Part shown: positions 11,739-25,377 of the stretch, in pieces
How the letters are laid out: every line of letters starts with the position of its first letter
Numbering within the stretch: the first letter of the stretch is position 1
Source: Podarcis filfolensis
Taxonomy: Eukaryota
Length of the DNA: 64,000 nucleotides
Assembly (NCBI GenBank): GCA_964270895.1
Contig: OZ185437.1
Strand: one strand, 5' to 3'
The notes under the pieces: model-generated
What the model was told of the DNA's origin: nothing
Database searches by the model: none
Seen by the model: the letters and a program-made list of their open reading frames with translations, nothing else
Translations under genes and position numbers: made by a program

Positions 11739-12025
11739 GGAGGTCGGCGTGGTGCAGTGGTTAAGAGCAGTGGACTCGTAATCTGGGGAACTGGGTTCGC
11801 TTCCCCGCTCCTCCACATGCAGCTGCTGGGTGACCTTGGGCTAGTCACACTTCTCTCTGAAGTCTCTCAGCCTCACTCACCTCACAGAGTGTTTGTTGTA
11901 GGGGATGAAGGGAAAGGAGATTGTTAGCCAATTTGAGACGCCTTAGGGTAGTGATAAAGCGGGATATCAAATCCAAACTTCTCTTCTTCTTCTTCTTCTT
12001 CTTCTTCTTCTTCTTCTTCTTCTTC
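11739..12025 (+). mobile_element. Squamate tRNA-derived SINE (Squam3-like) with a (CTT)n tail
   Basis: A-box tggtgcagtgg, B-box-like gggttcgcttccc, CORE-like gggtgaccttgggctagtcac, tail ...atccaaact(ctt)n at about 11983-12025; the family name is recalled, not verified. Confidence 0.75.
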
Positions 12026-12272
12026 ATTCTGCGACATACAATTCCATTAACAAAGTTGCCCCACTGCCATCTTGCTTGGAGGAAGTGACTGCTTCCCCTC
12101 CCCCCTCCCGCCACTCCTATTTGTATGGGACTTACAGAGTTGCAATGAGGACCTACAACATGTCATTCAATTCCCATGGAAAATTGCTTCTGCATGATTA
12201 TCGTAATGCCTAACACTATTTGACTTGTGGCCCTCTTCATTATCCATCTTTCCGAACAGCTATCACTGAAAC

Positions 12273-12556
12273 ATGGAGCAAGCTTGTTTTCTGCTGCTTC
12301 AAAGGGTAGGACTCAAACCAAATTACAGAAAGGAGATTCAGAGTAAACATTAGGAAGAACTTTCTGATAGTAACAGCTGTTCAACGATGGAACAAACTAT
12401 CTCGGAAGGTGGCAGACTCTCCTTAATTGGAGGTTTTTAAACAGTGGTTAAATAGCCTTCTGTTAGGAATTCTTTAGCTGTGATTCCTACATTGCAGGGG
12501 CTTGAAGCTGATGGCCCTTGGGGTTCCTTCCAAGTCTAGAATTTATTATTCTTTGA
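12273..12556 (+). mobile_element. CR1 LINE 3' fragment
   Basis: aacattaggaagaactttctga...tggaac...ggaggtttttaaacag...ccttccaagtctagaatt...attct. Confidence 0.8.
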
Positions 12557-14018
12557 TCTTCAAGATGAGACCATTTCATTTCAGTGAGTTGTACAAAAGT
12601 AGTCCTTAGCAGACTGTGGTCAGAATTAATCCTGAATATCATCATAATGCTGTATGTACAAGCGGTCCTTAAGCAATCTCATGTTTTTTAAAAATACGAT
12701 TCAATATTCTGTGACATACAGCCCCTCTTCAGTTCATCCTTAATATCTCCCAGTGTGAGAACTGTAGAGCCATGGGCAGTACATGCCTTATTTATGAGTT
12801 GGATTCAGGAGACGAGCTGAAGTGCTTAGCCCAGATAGGAAGGCAGTGACAAACAGTGGAGCCTAATGTATGAGCGGATTCATTTTAAAGTGCAAGCAAC
12901 CACACTGTGGGGACAAGGCAGGTAAAGGTAACCATAACGTGTGTGAAGCAGAATCCTATTCAGATTTAACACCACAACTGAGGCTCACTTGTCAGGATTT
13001 GGATCTTCCATAAAGTACGTCACATACCAGTGGGGCAAGGAAGGGCTGGGAAAGTATATTAATGAATTAAAATGGATTATTTTTAGGCTGCGTCCAAACA
13101 GGCAGCAAGTGAATAATTCAGTAAATAAATACATTAATATTACATTTTGGAATTGTGGAAGATCTTCTGCTGGGCCACTCCCATCACCAGTAACCATCAG
13201 GAAGGTTTTGTGCATGTGACTTAATTCCAAGAAAGTTCTCTGCATATTGACAAGTTCTCACCAGTGTTTTAACAAGCAGGGAACTGTCTTGAAAATGGTT
13301 GTGATTAAAAACAACAACTTGTTTTAGTTTCAAGACCTAGAGTCTATTTGCAGTTCAACTTCCATGACTGGGGTGAACAGGCTGCAACCCAGAGACCTGT
13401 GGTATCTCTTGGAAATCCTCCCTGAAGGCAGCCTTGGGAGTTTTTCTCCTTGTTCTTTCCTCGGTCCAGCACATGTGACCCTTTGGAATTGTACTCACAG
13501 CAGCCAGTTGGGAAAGAGGGCAAGTGGTAAGATGAGGAAGTGGGGAAGAGGCTGCAGAACCCACATATCTCTCTGCACTGGGGGTTTTGAAGGCTCTCTG
13601 ACTTGCAACTTGTCGACCCTAGCCATGACTAGCTTCATCACCATGTGACCCAAAAATTTTGGCTCCCTGTCAAACTGACTTCCATGACTCAGGATGCACA
13701 CACATCATACTTAAAAACCAACCTCCCTCCCAAAGAAAAAGAATATTAGGAAATGTATTTGCTTAGGAGTACTTGCAGATCTCAGAATAGTCCGTGTTGT
13801 GTACAAAGCCTCAAAATAATAATAATGCTGGAACAAGACTGGACTGTGCAGCTCTTTTTAGCTGAATCTACTTTTCCAAATGTTTTCTGATATTGGGTGA
13901 TTTAACAGATGGGCAAATGTTTGCACAGCACTTTGAATGTAAACTGCTGAGCTGTTTATTGTTGCAAGAAAGTTTTCCTGTTCTGGGTCAAACTCATCCA
14001 GTCCCTTCTTTTCTGCAG

Positions 14019-14195
14019 AATATCTACACAGTCAGCTTCCCGAAACCGGGCTTTGTGGAGCTGCCACCAGTCTCGCTCAATGTGGGAACAGAAATCCACT
14101 TGTCCTTCAGCACCAGAAATGAATCTGGCATCATACTCTTTGGTACTAGTGGGGCGCCTGTACCCCCACGGAGAAAACGCAGGCAGACTGGGCAG
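14019..14195 (+). CDS. LAMA2: LAMA2 coding exon (exon 55 equivalent), LG3 with RRKRR furin site
   Basis: ttttctgcag|AATATC...GGGCAG|gtacag; 177 nt; NIYTVSFPKPGFVELPPVSLNVGTEIHLSFSTRNESGIILFGTSGAPVPPRRKRRQTGQ. Confidence 0.97.
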
Positions 14196-14705
14196 GTACA
14201 GGATGATACCAGAAACTGGGTTGCTTGTTTGCCGCATCTTCGTTGGCCAAAGATATTGTTCAGCTCCTGCACTGCAGGGACTATTTTGTCTTTATGTTGT
14301 GTGGGAAGGGAAATAAGTTGGAGATTCAGAACGTTTCCTTGAAAGTTGTTCCTATCAAAGTTTGAAGGGGAAGGGATCTCATTAAGCTGACATATCAGAC
14401 GTTTGGTCCATTTGGTACACCTAGACAAGGGGCTCCCAAACATTTTGGACTAGTGGGCACATTTTGAAAGCTGAGAGAGTGTTGGAGGAGACAATTACAA
14501 AATAGCTGTCATGGAGGAATGTGTGGCATAACACAAAATTATGAGAGATAATCGCCTCCACCCTGAGCCAATTTTGAGGGTTTGCAGAAAAATGAAAACT
14601 CTGTCGGGCAAGTGGAAGACCCTGCACAGGGTTTCTGCTGGTTAGGTAAATTCCGCCCACGCCATTCTCATTTCAGACATCACTTATTAGGTACCTGCAG
14701 AGTTT

Positions 14706-15018
14706 AAAGGTAAAGGGACCCCTGACAATTAGGTCCAGTCACGGACGACTCTGGTGTTGCGGTGCTCATCTCGCTTTACTGGCCAAGGGAGCCGGCGTAC
14801 AGCTTCTCGGTGATGCGAACCAGAGCAGCACACGGAAATGCCGTTTACCTTCCCACTGGAGTGGTACCTATTAATCTACTTGCACTTTGACGTGCTTTTG
14901 AACTGCTAGGTTGGCAGGAGCTGGGACTGAGCAACAGGAGCTCACCCCGTCGCGGGGATTCGAACTGCCGACCTTCTGACTGGCAAGCCCTAGGCTCTGT
15001 GGTTTAGACCACAGTGCC
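14706..15018 (-). mobile_element. Sauria-type SINE (tRNA-derived), internally deleted and 5'-clipped
   Basis: Reverse complement has a tRNA-like head (B-box ggcagttcgaatcccc), ctcctgccaacctagcagtt core and ...cccttta-ccttta tail. Confidence 0.85.
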
Positions 15019-15382
15019 TTATAAAATTATTTCTAGGACCTACCCAGGGCCACCACTGTAAGCCTTCATGGGTGCCATGGCACCTGCAGGTGACCCATGA
15101 CCTAGACCATGGGCCATGTACCCTACCACAGATGTATCGTTATTCCTCTTGATATGTCCATAATGCTGCTGTTCTATGGTTTCCGCCCCTGTGAACTAAA
15201 TAGAGACATAGCAGGAAACACTTAATGTACTATACAGTACCTACAGGACAATGTTTTGGTTCATTTCATGGTTTCTGTGAAAACTGTTTTCCAATTTACT
15301 TAACAATCACTTGCCACTGATCAGGCAGTGCAAGGGTAGTCCTCCAGCTGTTTTAGACTGCAGCAACCATCATCTCACTGTA

Positions 15383-15610
15383 CAGTGGTACCTCAGTTCT
15401 TGAACGACTCTGTTGACAAACATTTTGGAACCCAAACAGTGAAATGCTTCCATTCTCAAGCATGCCTTGGAAGTCGAATGGTTTCCGCTGCATGTTTTTC
15501 AGTTTTCTCAATTGAATTTGCGGACAGCCCTTTGCGCCTTGGTTTTCGAACATTTTGGAACTCAAACAGTCTTCTGGAACTGATTACGTTCGAGAACCAA
15601 GGTACCACTG
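15383..15610. mobile_element. pogo/Tigger-like MITE, TA TSD
   Basis: TA|cagtggtacct...aggtaccactg|TA. Confidence 0.88.
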
Positions 15611-15829
15611 TACTACATTTTAGAAATCTGTGATAATTTCAGGCCACTGTCAGTCATGGCTAAGATTTGACATGTTCATGGCTCATCCGTAATAAAATAA
15701 ATGGAAGCTGAAAGGATGAAAGTGTTATTTTCTGCCATACAGGGAGGGTGTGGCACGTTGTTTGAGAATGATCTTATAAATACACAAAGGCGTTAAGGGC
15801 TTCCTTTAAAATGCTGGTTCCTATTGCAG

Positions 15830-15978
15830 GCCTATTATGCTGTGTTCCTGAACAGTGGTCGACTAGAAGTGCACGTCTCTACCGGGATAAGGGACCCTCG
15901 CAGGATCACCATCAAACCTGCATCTGGCGAGTTTCATGATGGCAGAGAACACAGCATCCGAATAGAAAGACTCGGAGG
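15830..15978 (+). CDS. LAMA2: LAMA2 coding exon (exon 56 equivalent), LG3
   Basis: ctattgcag|GCCTAT...GGAGG|gtaata; 149 nt; AYYAVFLNSGRLEVHVSTGIRDPRRITIKPASGEFHDGREHSIRIERLG. Confidence 0.96.
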
Positions 15979-18900
15979 GTAATAACTCAGAATATAGGGG
16001 TACTGTAACCCTGAACATTTGTTCTAGCCCAGTAACTGAAACTATGAGGAGAGGAGAATGAAATCTCTGTGCAGCTTTCATTTAAAAGTCATCTTCTGAC
16101 AGTGATGATTTCATTATGGCATAGGTCACGCTTTAGTGTAGGCATTGCCGCTTAAGATTTTCATTAATCTAAATTGCTATGTTAACCTTTGATACTTTTT
16201 GCAAATACACTTTATTAATCTAATTTGTGTGGCTGAGGAATTGGATCTTGAACTAATATTAAGGAACAGCTTCCAATGAGAAGGAATAGCAACATCAAGA
16301 CCTAACGACGCCCACGCCGAATTCACAACACCTGAAACTTCTTTATAAGTTTCTCACATGAAACTATGGGAAGGTTGGGGATTGATGCCTTCTGAACTGG
16401 AAAAGGGCCCTATATCTTTAAGAGTCAGGGCAATCGGGAGGAGAGAGGGAATAAGGAAAAGGAAGAGCTAAGGCGTTGGTGGCTCGCAGCAACATAGCAA
16501 CGTCATTGGTTCACACTAGCACATGCTGCTAGATGCCGTGGTGCAGGTGCAGTGTTTGAACATTGTCTTAGATGTTAGGGATAAATCATGTCTCGAAGTC
16601 ATGGAATAGGATACAAATGTAATAATCAACATTCAAGGGGGCCCCTGCCACCTGTTTTAGGGGCAGTCCTGCAGATGGCAAGGAACAAAAATGAAAAAGA
16701 TCTGTCTGAGGTGGGGGAAGGGGCTTTTTAAACACATCAACACACATGCCCTACAAAATAGCACTATCAATCCAGGTATTTATGCCTGCAGGTATTTGGT
16801 GCAGCCCTAATGTGCATCCACTGAAAACATAAAATAACAACATAACATATATAAATAATGTAACATAAGATAATACTGATAACATAGCATAAAGCACTCA
16901 TCCATCCACCCTACAATGCTTCTGGAGCCACCATGGGCTATGCTGGCTTGGAGGCCAGAAAGGATTACTTTGGTTATTAGTTTTTATCCCTTATTATGTC
17001 AAAGCGCACTTTCTGTTGGAGGCCCTGCAGCTCTAATAAATATCTTAACAAGTAAATCCATTCATTCCATTTCCTCAGAATCTTCCTCGTTCTCTAACCC
17101 ATGACCTTATTCCCAAGCAAAAACATGTTTTGTCAGCCTCCTTGGTACTTGTTTAAACTTCAAGTTCCTAAAGTCAGGTTTTTAATTTTCTTTAAATGTC
17201 ACCATAAATGACAAAATGCAAGCTGACAAGTATTGATAATACTACAATATCTAGCAGAATGCAAAGGAAATCCTTTCACTTAACAAACCAAATAATAATG
17301 CTGTATATAATACACAGGATTATGTTATTTGCTACCCTGTAAGGACTGCTAATGCCAGCTCATCACTGCTTTTACAGCACCCTCTAGTGGACAGAAATAC
17401 AGAAATAGGCTCATGCTTGTGATTTTCGTAACTGTCCAAAACACATACACAACAGACTTCATTTTCCCATAAACTGGGCTGGAGTAAAAATGAACAAACC
17501 TCTTCATCTGCTAATCATTACCCAAGCTTCATTTTATTAAAAGCAGAGGACATTTTTGAAAACTCTTCAGAAAGCTAATTACCCATATGATTATAAACTA
17601 ATTGCTTCCCATTCCAGGATAATTATAGGACAGCATTGAGGACTAAGGCATATCATCATGTGCTGGTCTTCTGCATCAGAGTGCATAAACATTTTCTCTT
17701 GAACAATAGCAGAGGGCTTCGTAAATTATTAGGCATTTAACCAGGAACAGGTATTATCAGCTACAGGAGAATCAAGCAAGCCTAAGAATGTCCAGCTTTA
17801 CTGGGAAGAAGGTATCCAAAAATTGAGAACATCTAATGTGGAGTTATTGCTATTCCATTCGCTGGCACAGACACCTGAAGCTGGGGGGGGGGGGGACTCA
17901 GGATCATTTAGCCTAGCTGCAAAACCTTCGACAGAATGTAAGAAAACCCAAAATGGTTTCTGCAAGTTTTTGCACAAATGCACCGAGCAACTCTTTCCAG
18001 TCCTCAGGTAGCCTCACATCTGGCCCCAGTAGATATTTTCATCTTTGGTTGTACACTTCAGCACAAATATTACATTTTGGAATACCCAATATTATCATTA
18101 AGCTGAGGTGAATGAGCTGCTGTTGGGCTCTCGGACATGCCCACCCACTTTCACACATATTGCTTTCAGGATGCTTATAAAGCTATCCATGCAATAATAA
18201 TAATACACTGTCTGCCATCTTATGGATAAAGTCCCATTGGACTCATTAGGGCTTTCTTCCAAGTAAACCTGTATAGGGCTGCAGTGCATGACATTTGCAA
18301 CACCGGGTTGCATCCAAGCCACGCTGTGCTCAAGCCACACGGTGTCCCCTCTTAGGTCAGGCCTCTCCCAGACACTCATATACTTGGGCCTTTCCTCAAA
18401 TTTGAGACTTTTCAGAGAAAACAGAGGCTGCGGTCGGAAGGAAGGGGTGGGGAAATTGCCATGTGTGAGTGTAGCTTTCGATGGAAATCACAGCAATTAA
18501 GACGACACCACAAAGACCAAAGTAGAAATTATGTTTCTTTAGGGGGGAATCATTATTATTATTAGTCCAGAATTCTGGATAGGCCCTTTGTACAAAAGGA
18601 CCCCCTGGTGCTAAAGCTAGTTGCTATATTGCCACTACAGGTGTACTTGGCTTTTGAAAATATATAATATACATCTTTCATGGATTCCAGCAGTCAGCAT
18701 ACTCAAGAGGCTTCACTGTTGTTCAGCAAGAGCATAATAACTAGTGGGAAAAACCAGGAAAATAAAGAACCAAACAAAATGTGACCCCTTTCATTTTTTT
18801 ATCCTGGTGGGCCGTGGGAAATTATACTTTAGCACTAAAAGTAGCCTTGATTGTTTCTATCAGTAGCAATGCTGTCGGTCTGTAGGCTCTTCTTTTCAGT

Positions 18901-19097
18901 TCATCCACATACTAATTTCACTGATATTCTATTGGTTTGGAGGTTTTATTCAGCCAGAGCAGTTTGGGCTCTCATCCTGTAGCTCTTTAAACAAAGCAAA
19001 AACTGCATCCGTCAGTGTTATGGTGCAGGCACGGCAGCAGGAGCATCAGTTTGGCTCGGGGTATTTGTGTATTAAGTCATTTTCATTGATTTTGCAG

Positions 19098-19274
19098 GCT
19101 GTTTGTGATCCAAGTAGATGAGGACAGAAGCCAGTCTCAAAGACTCCCGTCAGATCAACCTGTTTCCGTTAAGAAGCTTTTTGTGGGAGGGACACCACCT
19201 GAATTCCACATTGCTCCTATTAGGAACATACCTGCGTTTGATGGCTGCATATGGAACCTTGTCATCAATGCTGT
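19098..19274 (+). CDS. LAMA2: LAMA2 coding exon (exon 57 equivalent), LG3
   Basis: attttgcag|GCTGTTT...GCTGT|gtgagt; 177 nt; LFVIQVDEDRSQSQRLPSDQPVSVKKLFVGGTPPEFHIAPIRNIPAFDGCIWNLVINA. Confidence 0.96.
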
Positions 19275-20977
19275 GTGAGTATCTATTTTTTGCCAGGTTA
19301 TATAAAGCAACCTATTGATATAAAGCTATGTTGCTTATAGAAACCAACTGATGTTATTCCACTGGCAGGCATATGATAGATAGGGATCTACTAGTAGGTC
19401 TCTCAGTAGGTCTTTGCAGTACATCCCAATCATATAACAATAGCCAAAATAACAATACTTTTCCCACCTATGTTAGGCTGCTGAAATAAATAAAGCTAAC
19501 CAGGAGTGGCTTTTTGTTTGAAAGGACTCTGGTATGGAAAACAAATTTCTATGGTCAGAATCTGCTCAGAGGCACCCTGTGCTTTAATTTTAACTGTGCC
19601 TCTGATAGGTAGGTCTCCAGGTTCTAGTAAAAAAATACATAGAAAGGAGATCCAACAAGCCTGAGTCTCCTCACCCCTGTACTATTCTACATAACAAGGT
19701 CTTAAATTCTGACAATATGCGCTTGCCCATAATATGATATAAGGTTGCCAGCTGAGCAATATTTGCCTGGTCTAACCCAACCATTTGTGATATGCATCAG
19801 AAAGATGCCACACTCTTAATTTCCATGTTAATTTTTGACAAAGTAAACCAACCACAATGATAGCTGATGTTATTCCTGACACGGTAAAACACCAGATGGC
19901 TTGATGAAAGGAAAGTTCTGCTAGTCAGACCAGATGGAAAAAGTCAAGTTAATGGTGATTTTAAAAGAACTGAAAATGAATATATGAGAACTCTGTTAGC
20001 TGATGCTGAAATTTTATGATATTTGTATGCTGCTCCATAACGTAAAGCTATCTGGGTAGTGTGCAATGAACAATTATACACTCATTAAACACATGCAGAA
20101 ATAATTTGTGGAACAAGATCTCTATTTGATGTCTATGCTTTTTCATATCTTCCGGCACATGTCATGTACTAGCTGAGGCACATGTTGAACAGAGTAATAG
20201 CCACGCCAGTGTTGTGCCAGGTCTCAAGCACTAGCAGCTGTCCAGTTCAGTTCACAGAAGGGCCACACACAGCATGACATCTTAGCTCCAGGTTTACATG
20301 TTAGCTGAACCAGGTGATTTTCAACTGTATGATCAGCGATTCACTGAAGCATATATGTGTTACATGGCACTGTCTCTACGTACTAATGTTGGCAGCATTG
20401 AATGTGAGCAGAACCTGTACCTGAATTATAGGCTGCACATGGAGCTCCAACAATACATCAACTCTTGGAAATGTATGCTCACTAGGGGCAAGGGGCAGTA
20501 GTGGAAGGCACACCAGGGCAGCTGTTTGGCTTCCCCGGTGCATTTGCACTGTCCCACTGTGCCAACCTCACCTCTGCTTTGCATCTTCCTCTCTGTGTCC
20601 CAGGAGCAACATAGCTGAAGGGCAGTCGGGGAAGCAGCACAGCCCCACTGCACTGTCCAGTACAGGTGGGTGGTAACTTTGTGTATTTTCAAAGGAAAAG
20701 GGAGCAAGCTTCATGGCTATGTAGGGATTTGAACCTAGTTTTCCCAGTCTTCTTCAACACTACACACCGGCACGTTCTGGATTCTCTTGTAAAGATAATC
20801 CAGAATTATCTCGGAAAATTGTGTGTTACATCAAGTTCATCAGATTAGTTCCTAATCCCCTCAACAACTGCCTCCAAAAAGGCAAACTGCACATTTAAAA
20901 ATTATTGATCATGGTGAAAGTTTCCAGTTGAAGAATTCCTGTTGTTTAACATCACTGACTTCATTGTCTTTCTTCAG

Positions 20978-21173
20978 TCCGATGGATTTTGCCCAGCCAT
21001 TATCCTTCGAAAATGCAGATATTGGCCAGTGTCCTGATCAAGACCCACTGCATGAAAAAGAGGATGAGGATCACATCTCCCGTGCAACAGTTGTGATCCG
21101 TCCTGAACCAGATACTGCGGAAAAGATAGCGAGTGCAACATCTCCTCCGCCACCCCCTTTCCCACCTTCACAT
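20978..21173 (+). CDS. LAMA2: LAMA2 coding exon (exon 58 equivalent), end of LG3 and LG3-LG4 hinge
   Basis: tttcttcag|TCCGATG...TCACAT|gtaagt; 196 nt; PMDFAQPLSFENADIGQCPDQDPLHEKEDEDHISRATVVIRPEPDTAEKIASATSPPPPPFPPSH. Confidence 0.93.
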
Positions 21174-23744
21174 GTAAGTGTGCTTTGTTTCTATGATGTG
21201 ATTGGGTGGGTGCGTTGGGTTAAAAAAATAATCACAGGTTTTTACCTGGCACTGGTAACTGCATAGTGATTATGGCGATCGTGCATAATCGACTTCTTGG
21301 ATTCGCTAACTGAACACTTTGCAAATAGGGCTTCATATGGAGACTTTGTTCAGCATCTCGGTGGTATCCCTCTTCTGGGCAATACAACAGGAACACAAAG
21401 CCTGCTGTCTCTGAACAAGCTGAATCTCTAATATGATCAGTTCATCCCAGTGGGAGGAATTCAAGATTGCACTAAGGCAGTCATTCCATCAGGGCAAGCA
21501 TTTCCCCTGTGCCCTGTTCTGGGGGTTCTCTCAACATCCCCCCCCCCCGAGCCAATTTGGGGTGGGGGCTCAGGACACACAGGAGGAGGAAGGAAGCCCC
21601 GTTGTGCAAGCAGATGTTATCAGCTGAATCCCCCAAAATGCATTTGCCATAAGATCAATTTCAAGTGTTGTGGGTGTAGCTTTGTAGGTCGCGCTATACC
21701 ACTCAGTGAGATTTATTAGTCACTCATAGTTCCTGCTTAACTCAAAATGGTGAGTCTGCCGCCAGTTTTCAGCTGAATGATCAGTACAGAGGCATGCATA
21801 AGTTAGCACTTGTTGCTTCATTACTGTGGGAAACATTTAACTTTTATCACCAGCTTCTCAATTTCCATGGAAATCTGGATCAACTTTCGGTCCTTTGGGG
21901 TTCTTTCTGTCTCCTCTTTGGCCGTTCTCTGCTTTCTGAATTAAACCAGCACAATGTATCCATGGATAGCTGATGAAAAGCATGGGAACTTTAAAAAATA
22001 AACAAACAAATACAGTCCTAACAACCAGCAAGTCAAGGAGGTGATTAATGTGAGCTGCAACTTGAAGACATAAATTCCATTCATCACTATTGTTTTAGAG
22101 CAAAGCATAGGAATATAGTATATATTTAATATTTTTGTAAGTTAATTTTATACTCAAAATATCACTGGGAAACCTGGTCTTTATCCCTACCTTCACCCTT
22201 GGTTCACCCTCATCAGAAACCTGGTCTAAGATGGAAATTTCACACAGCAGATATGAGGGTTCCTGTGCCTTTGAGAACATTAGGAATCACTTTCCAGGAG
22301 AAAAATACGGCTTTTCTGATGAAATTCCACCCGGACATCAACTTTAGCCAGGTTGTGTTTGTGAGCTGAATACCACTGCAAAAAAGAATTCACCACTTCA
22401 TTTTTACCTTTGTCACCTATCTGATACTTGTGCTTTTTCAGTTGCTTGTATATGAACCTGTCATCTAAAGGGAGAAAGGCTTCGATTCTCATTACTCAAT
22501 CTCTTCTCTTTTCCACTTTCAAAAGATAGAACTTATAGGTCAGAATGTCAGCATTTCAAACTTTGCTTGACACCTGTTTGTTAGTTTCATCAGATAGTCC
22601 TATATAAGCCACTGTGGAAAATCAAGCCAGCATCTCTCCTCGTCCACTACAACCACCACAGTATAGACAGAGGGTTGGGTCCTAAGACAGAGTAGAAGGA
22701 CACATCTTTCCTGTCCTGTGCCCTCCCATGAACCCATGAAATGTCTATCCGCAGAGCGAGGGGATCCTCTGAACAGCACAGACTGCAGTGGAAGAATAGA
22801 ATTGCCAAAAGTCTAGCAGAGACAACTTTTGAGAGCAGTGCATTTGTAGCTTTCTGGTGGACTAGTTTTGTGCATGACTTTTAACATACGGATCAGTCAT
22901 TTTGAACTACTCTATGTAACTATTGCTAACTGTGTGCCTTAAAATAGTCTGTCTAAAGAAGATGGAATCTAAAAGAATGATTTTTTTAGCCGAGATCAAT
23001 CTTAATAATAATAGAGGATGGTAGATGTGCTTTATTGATTCATAAATATGATATAGAACACTTTTCCTTCAATCCCACAAGGTGGCATAATGGTAACATG
23101 CATTTATTAATGCAATATTTCATTTTCCAGTTCTTTTTAAATCATATAGTTCAATAATATGTTGGGAATGCAAACAAGTTGAGCCAGATTTCCAACCAGA
23201 AGCTGGTGGTTTCAGTTTAAGCCATGCTACAGTTTATGCTAGATTGTCATAGTTTTCCAGCTTGAAACAAGACCTAAAATGAATTTTCCATTTCACTTTC
23301 CTTTGCAGCCATGTAGCCAATCCATAAGTAGGTAGAACAGACTTGTCAGCTGTTCATTGTAAATGACAGGTGATATATCCAAATGGTATATTATAGCAAG
23401 AATAAAAGCAAGCAAAACCTTAACTTACTGCAGAAGTAAGATCAAGAGTTGCAAAACATATTTTGTAATAACTTTGTTATCCAAAAAGCAAAGAGGGAAA
23501 ATGATAAAATTAACCACCACTTGTTGAACTTCAATATATTCAAAACACTGTACATGCTTAGCTCAGGAATGGTATAGGAAACCATGAAGGTGTTGTTGGA
23601 CTCCAACTCCCTTCATTCTTAACCATTGGCCATCCTGGCTGGGCCTGATAAGAATTCAACACATCTGGAGGACCACAGATTCTCCATTCCTGATTTAATT
23701 GGGTAGATTAAGCTCTAATCTTAATCTAAGAGGCTACAGTAAGT

Positions 23745-24345
23745 AATAACACATTATATGTAGGGCCACCTCCGAAGACAGTTCAGAAACTTCAGCTGGT
23801 GCAGAATTTGGCAGATAGGCAGCTCACTGAAGCAAGACGATCTGAGCATATAACTCCAATCCTGGCCCAACTACACTGGCTGCCAGTTAGTTTCCAGGTC
23901 CAATTCAAAATGCTATAAAGCCTTTAAACAGCTCGAGAACACAATGCCTCAAGGACTGCCGATCCAGACCCTGCAATCATCATCTGAGGCCCTTCTTTGT
24001 GTGCCTACTCCACAAGAGGTCTAGAGGGTGGCAACACAAGAATGAGCTTTTTCTGTGGTGGATCCCCATTTGTGGTATGCTCTCCCCAGGGAGACTCACC
24101 TGGCGCCCTCATTACATACCTTTAGGCACCAGGTGAAAACGTTTCTCTATAACCAGGCTTCAAGCTGAATAACATTCTATGGCCTTTTAAATGTGGTAGG
24201 GTGGTTTTTGGTTGGTTTTTGTTTTTGTTTTAATATATATTTTGTGCTTTCATTTTGTATTTTTAAGTTGTGAACTGCCCTGCGATCTTCAGATGAAGGG
24301 CGGTATACTAATAAATAATAATAATAGATTTTGTTAGTCCACTGA
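23745..24345 (+). mobile_element. L2 LINE 3' fragment
   Basis: Degraded ORF2 C-terminus (KLQLVQN...HITPILAQLHWLP) and an L2-type tail gaagggcggtata-(taa)n. Confidence 0.8.
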
Positions 24346-25196
24346 CATAATTATTTTATACAATATGAGAAGTTCTGTGTTCATATACCAGTCAAACTGG
24401 AATATGAGTGCATGCTTTGTATATAGACCCAGATTTATTTCCTGCTATCCTTTGGAGTAGATAATACTCTGCTTGATGAACCAAATGATAGTATTTTCGT
24501 CTGTCTTCTAAACAGTTTACTATTTTAGTGGAATGATGCCATTAAGAAGGTAATGGTTTTATATATGCTGACAAGCTGACATAGCTAAGATTTCTGACAA
24601 TTTCTGCCGCAATGTCCAAGCAAGGAAGATGAATACTTCAGTAGATTTCTTTTATGTTGAGGTGATATCAATTGTCCCTTGAAATATCATTTTCAGGTGA
24701 AAAATAATGGATCCTACTTTATTCAGAATGCCTAATATTCTGAAGTAGTGCATAGATTCCAAAAGGCCTTTACTATGGAAATAACAAAATGTGTATTTGT
24801 TTTGAAAGTGGCACAAGAGACACTTGGTGTTTGCTGCAACAAGCACAGATACCATTTAAAAATGTGTTACTATTGAAATGCTTACTAGGTGGCTTTGAAT
24901 ATGAGGGAATGTTCACACTTCTCAACGCTTTATTAGACCAATGTAATTTCATTTTATAGTCATCAGCCTGACGATTATATCTTTAGTGTTGAGTCATCTG
25001 AGCAGTGAATGTCTTAGATACTTCTGATATATTTCATAATGTACTGGTTACGAGCTTAGCCTTTTTAACTTCATTCTACATAGATGGCTTTCAGAGCAAC
25101 TGCAACCCCTGATCAGTTCCACTGGGAATAGCAGCCTGAGAGAGGGCTTTCTCTGTGGTTGCTCCTAAATTATGGCACTCCCTCTCCACAGAAGTA

Positions 25197-25377
25197 CCGT
25201 ATTTACTCGAGTCTAATGCACCATTGAATCTAATGCGCACCTCAGGTTTCAGAACCTTGAAACCAAAAAAAGTATTTACTGGTGAATGTAAATGTCCCCT
25301 CAAATCTAATGTGCACCTTAATTTTCGCAACATAATTTGGCCAAAAAAAGGTGAGCATTAGATGCGAGTAAATACGG
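25197..25377. mobile_element. Tc1/mariner-type MITE with CCGTATTT termini
   Basis: 23-bp TIR ccgtatttactcgagtctaatgc / gcattagatgcgagtaaatacgg (2 mismatches); left TA intact, right flank CA. Confidence 0.8.

Noticed and set aside
11739-11830. tRNA gene
   Set aside because: The A/B boxes run directly into a SINE body and a (CTT)n tail, and there is no complete cloverleaf.
11845-12114. Poly-Lys ORF on the minus strand
   Set aside because: It is a translation of the (CTT)n tail of a SINE.
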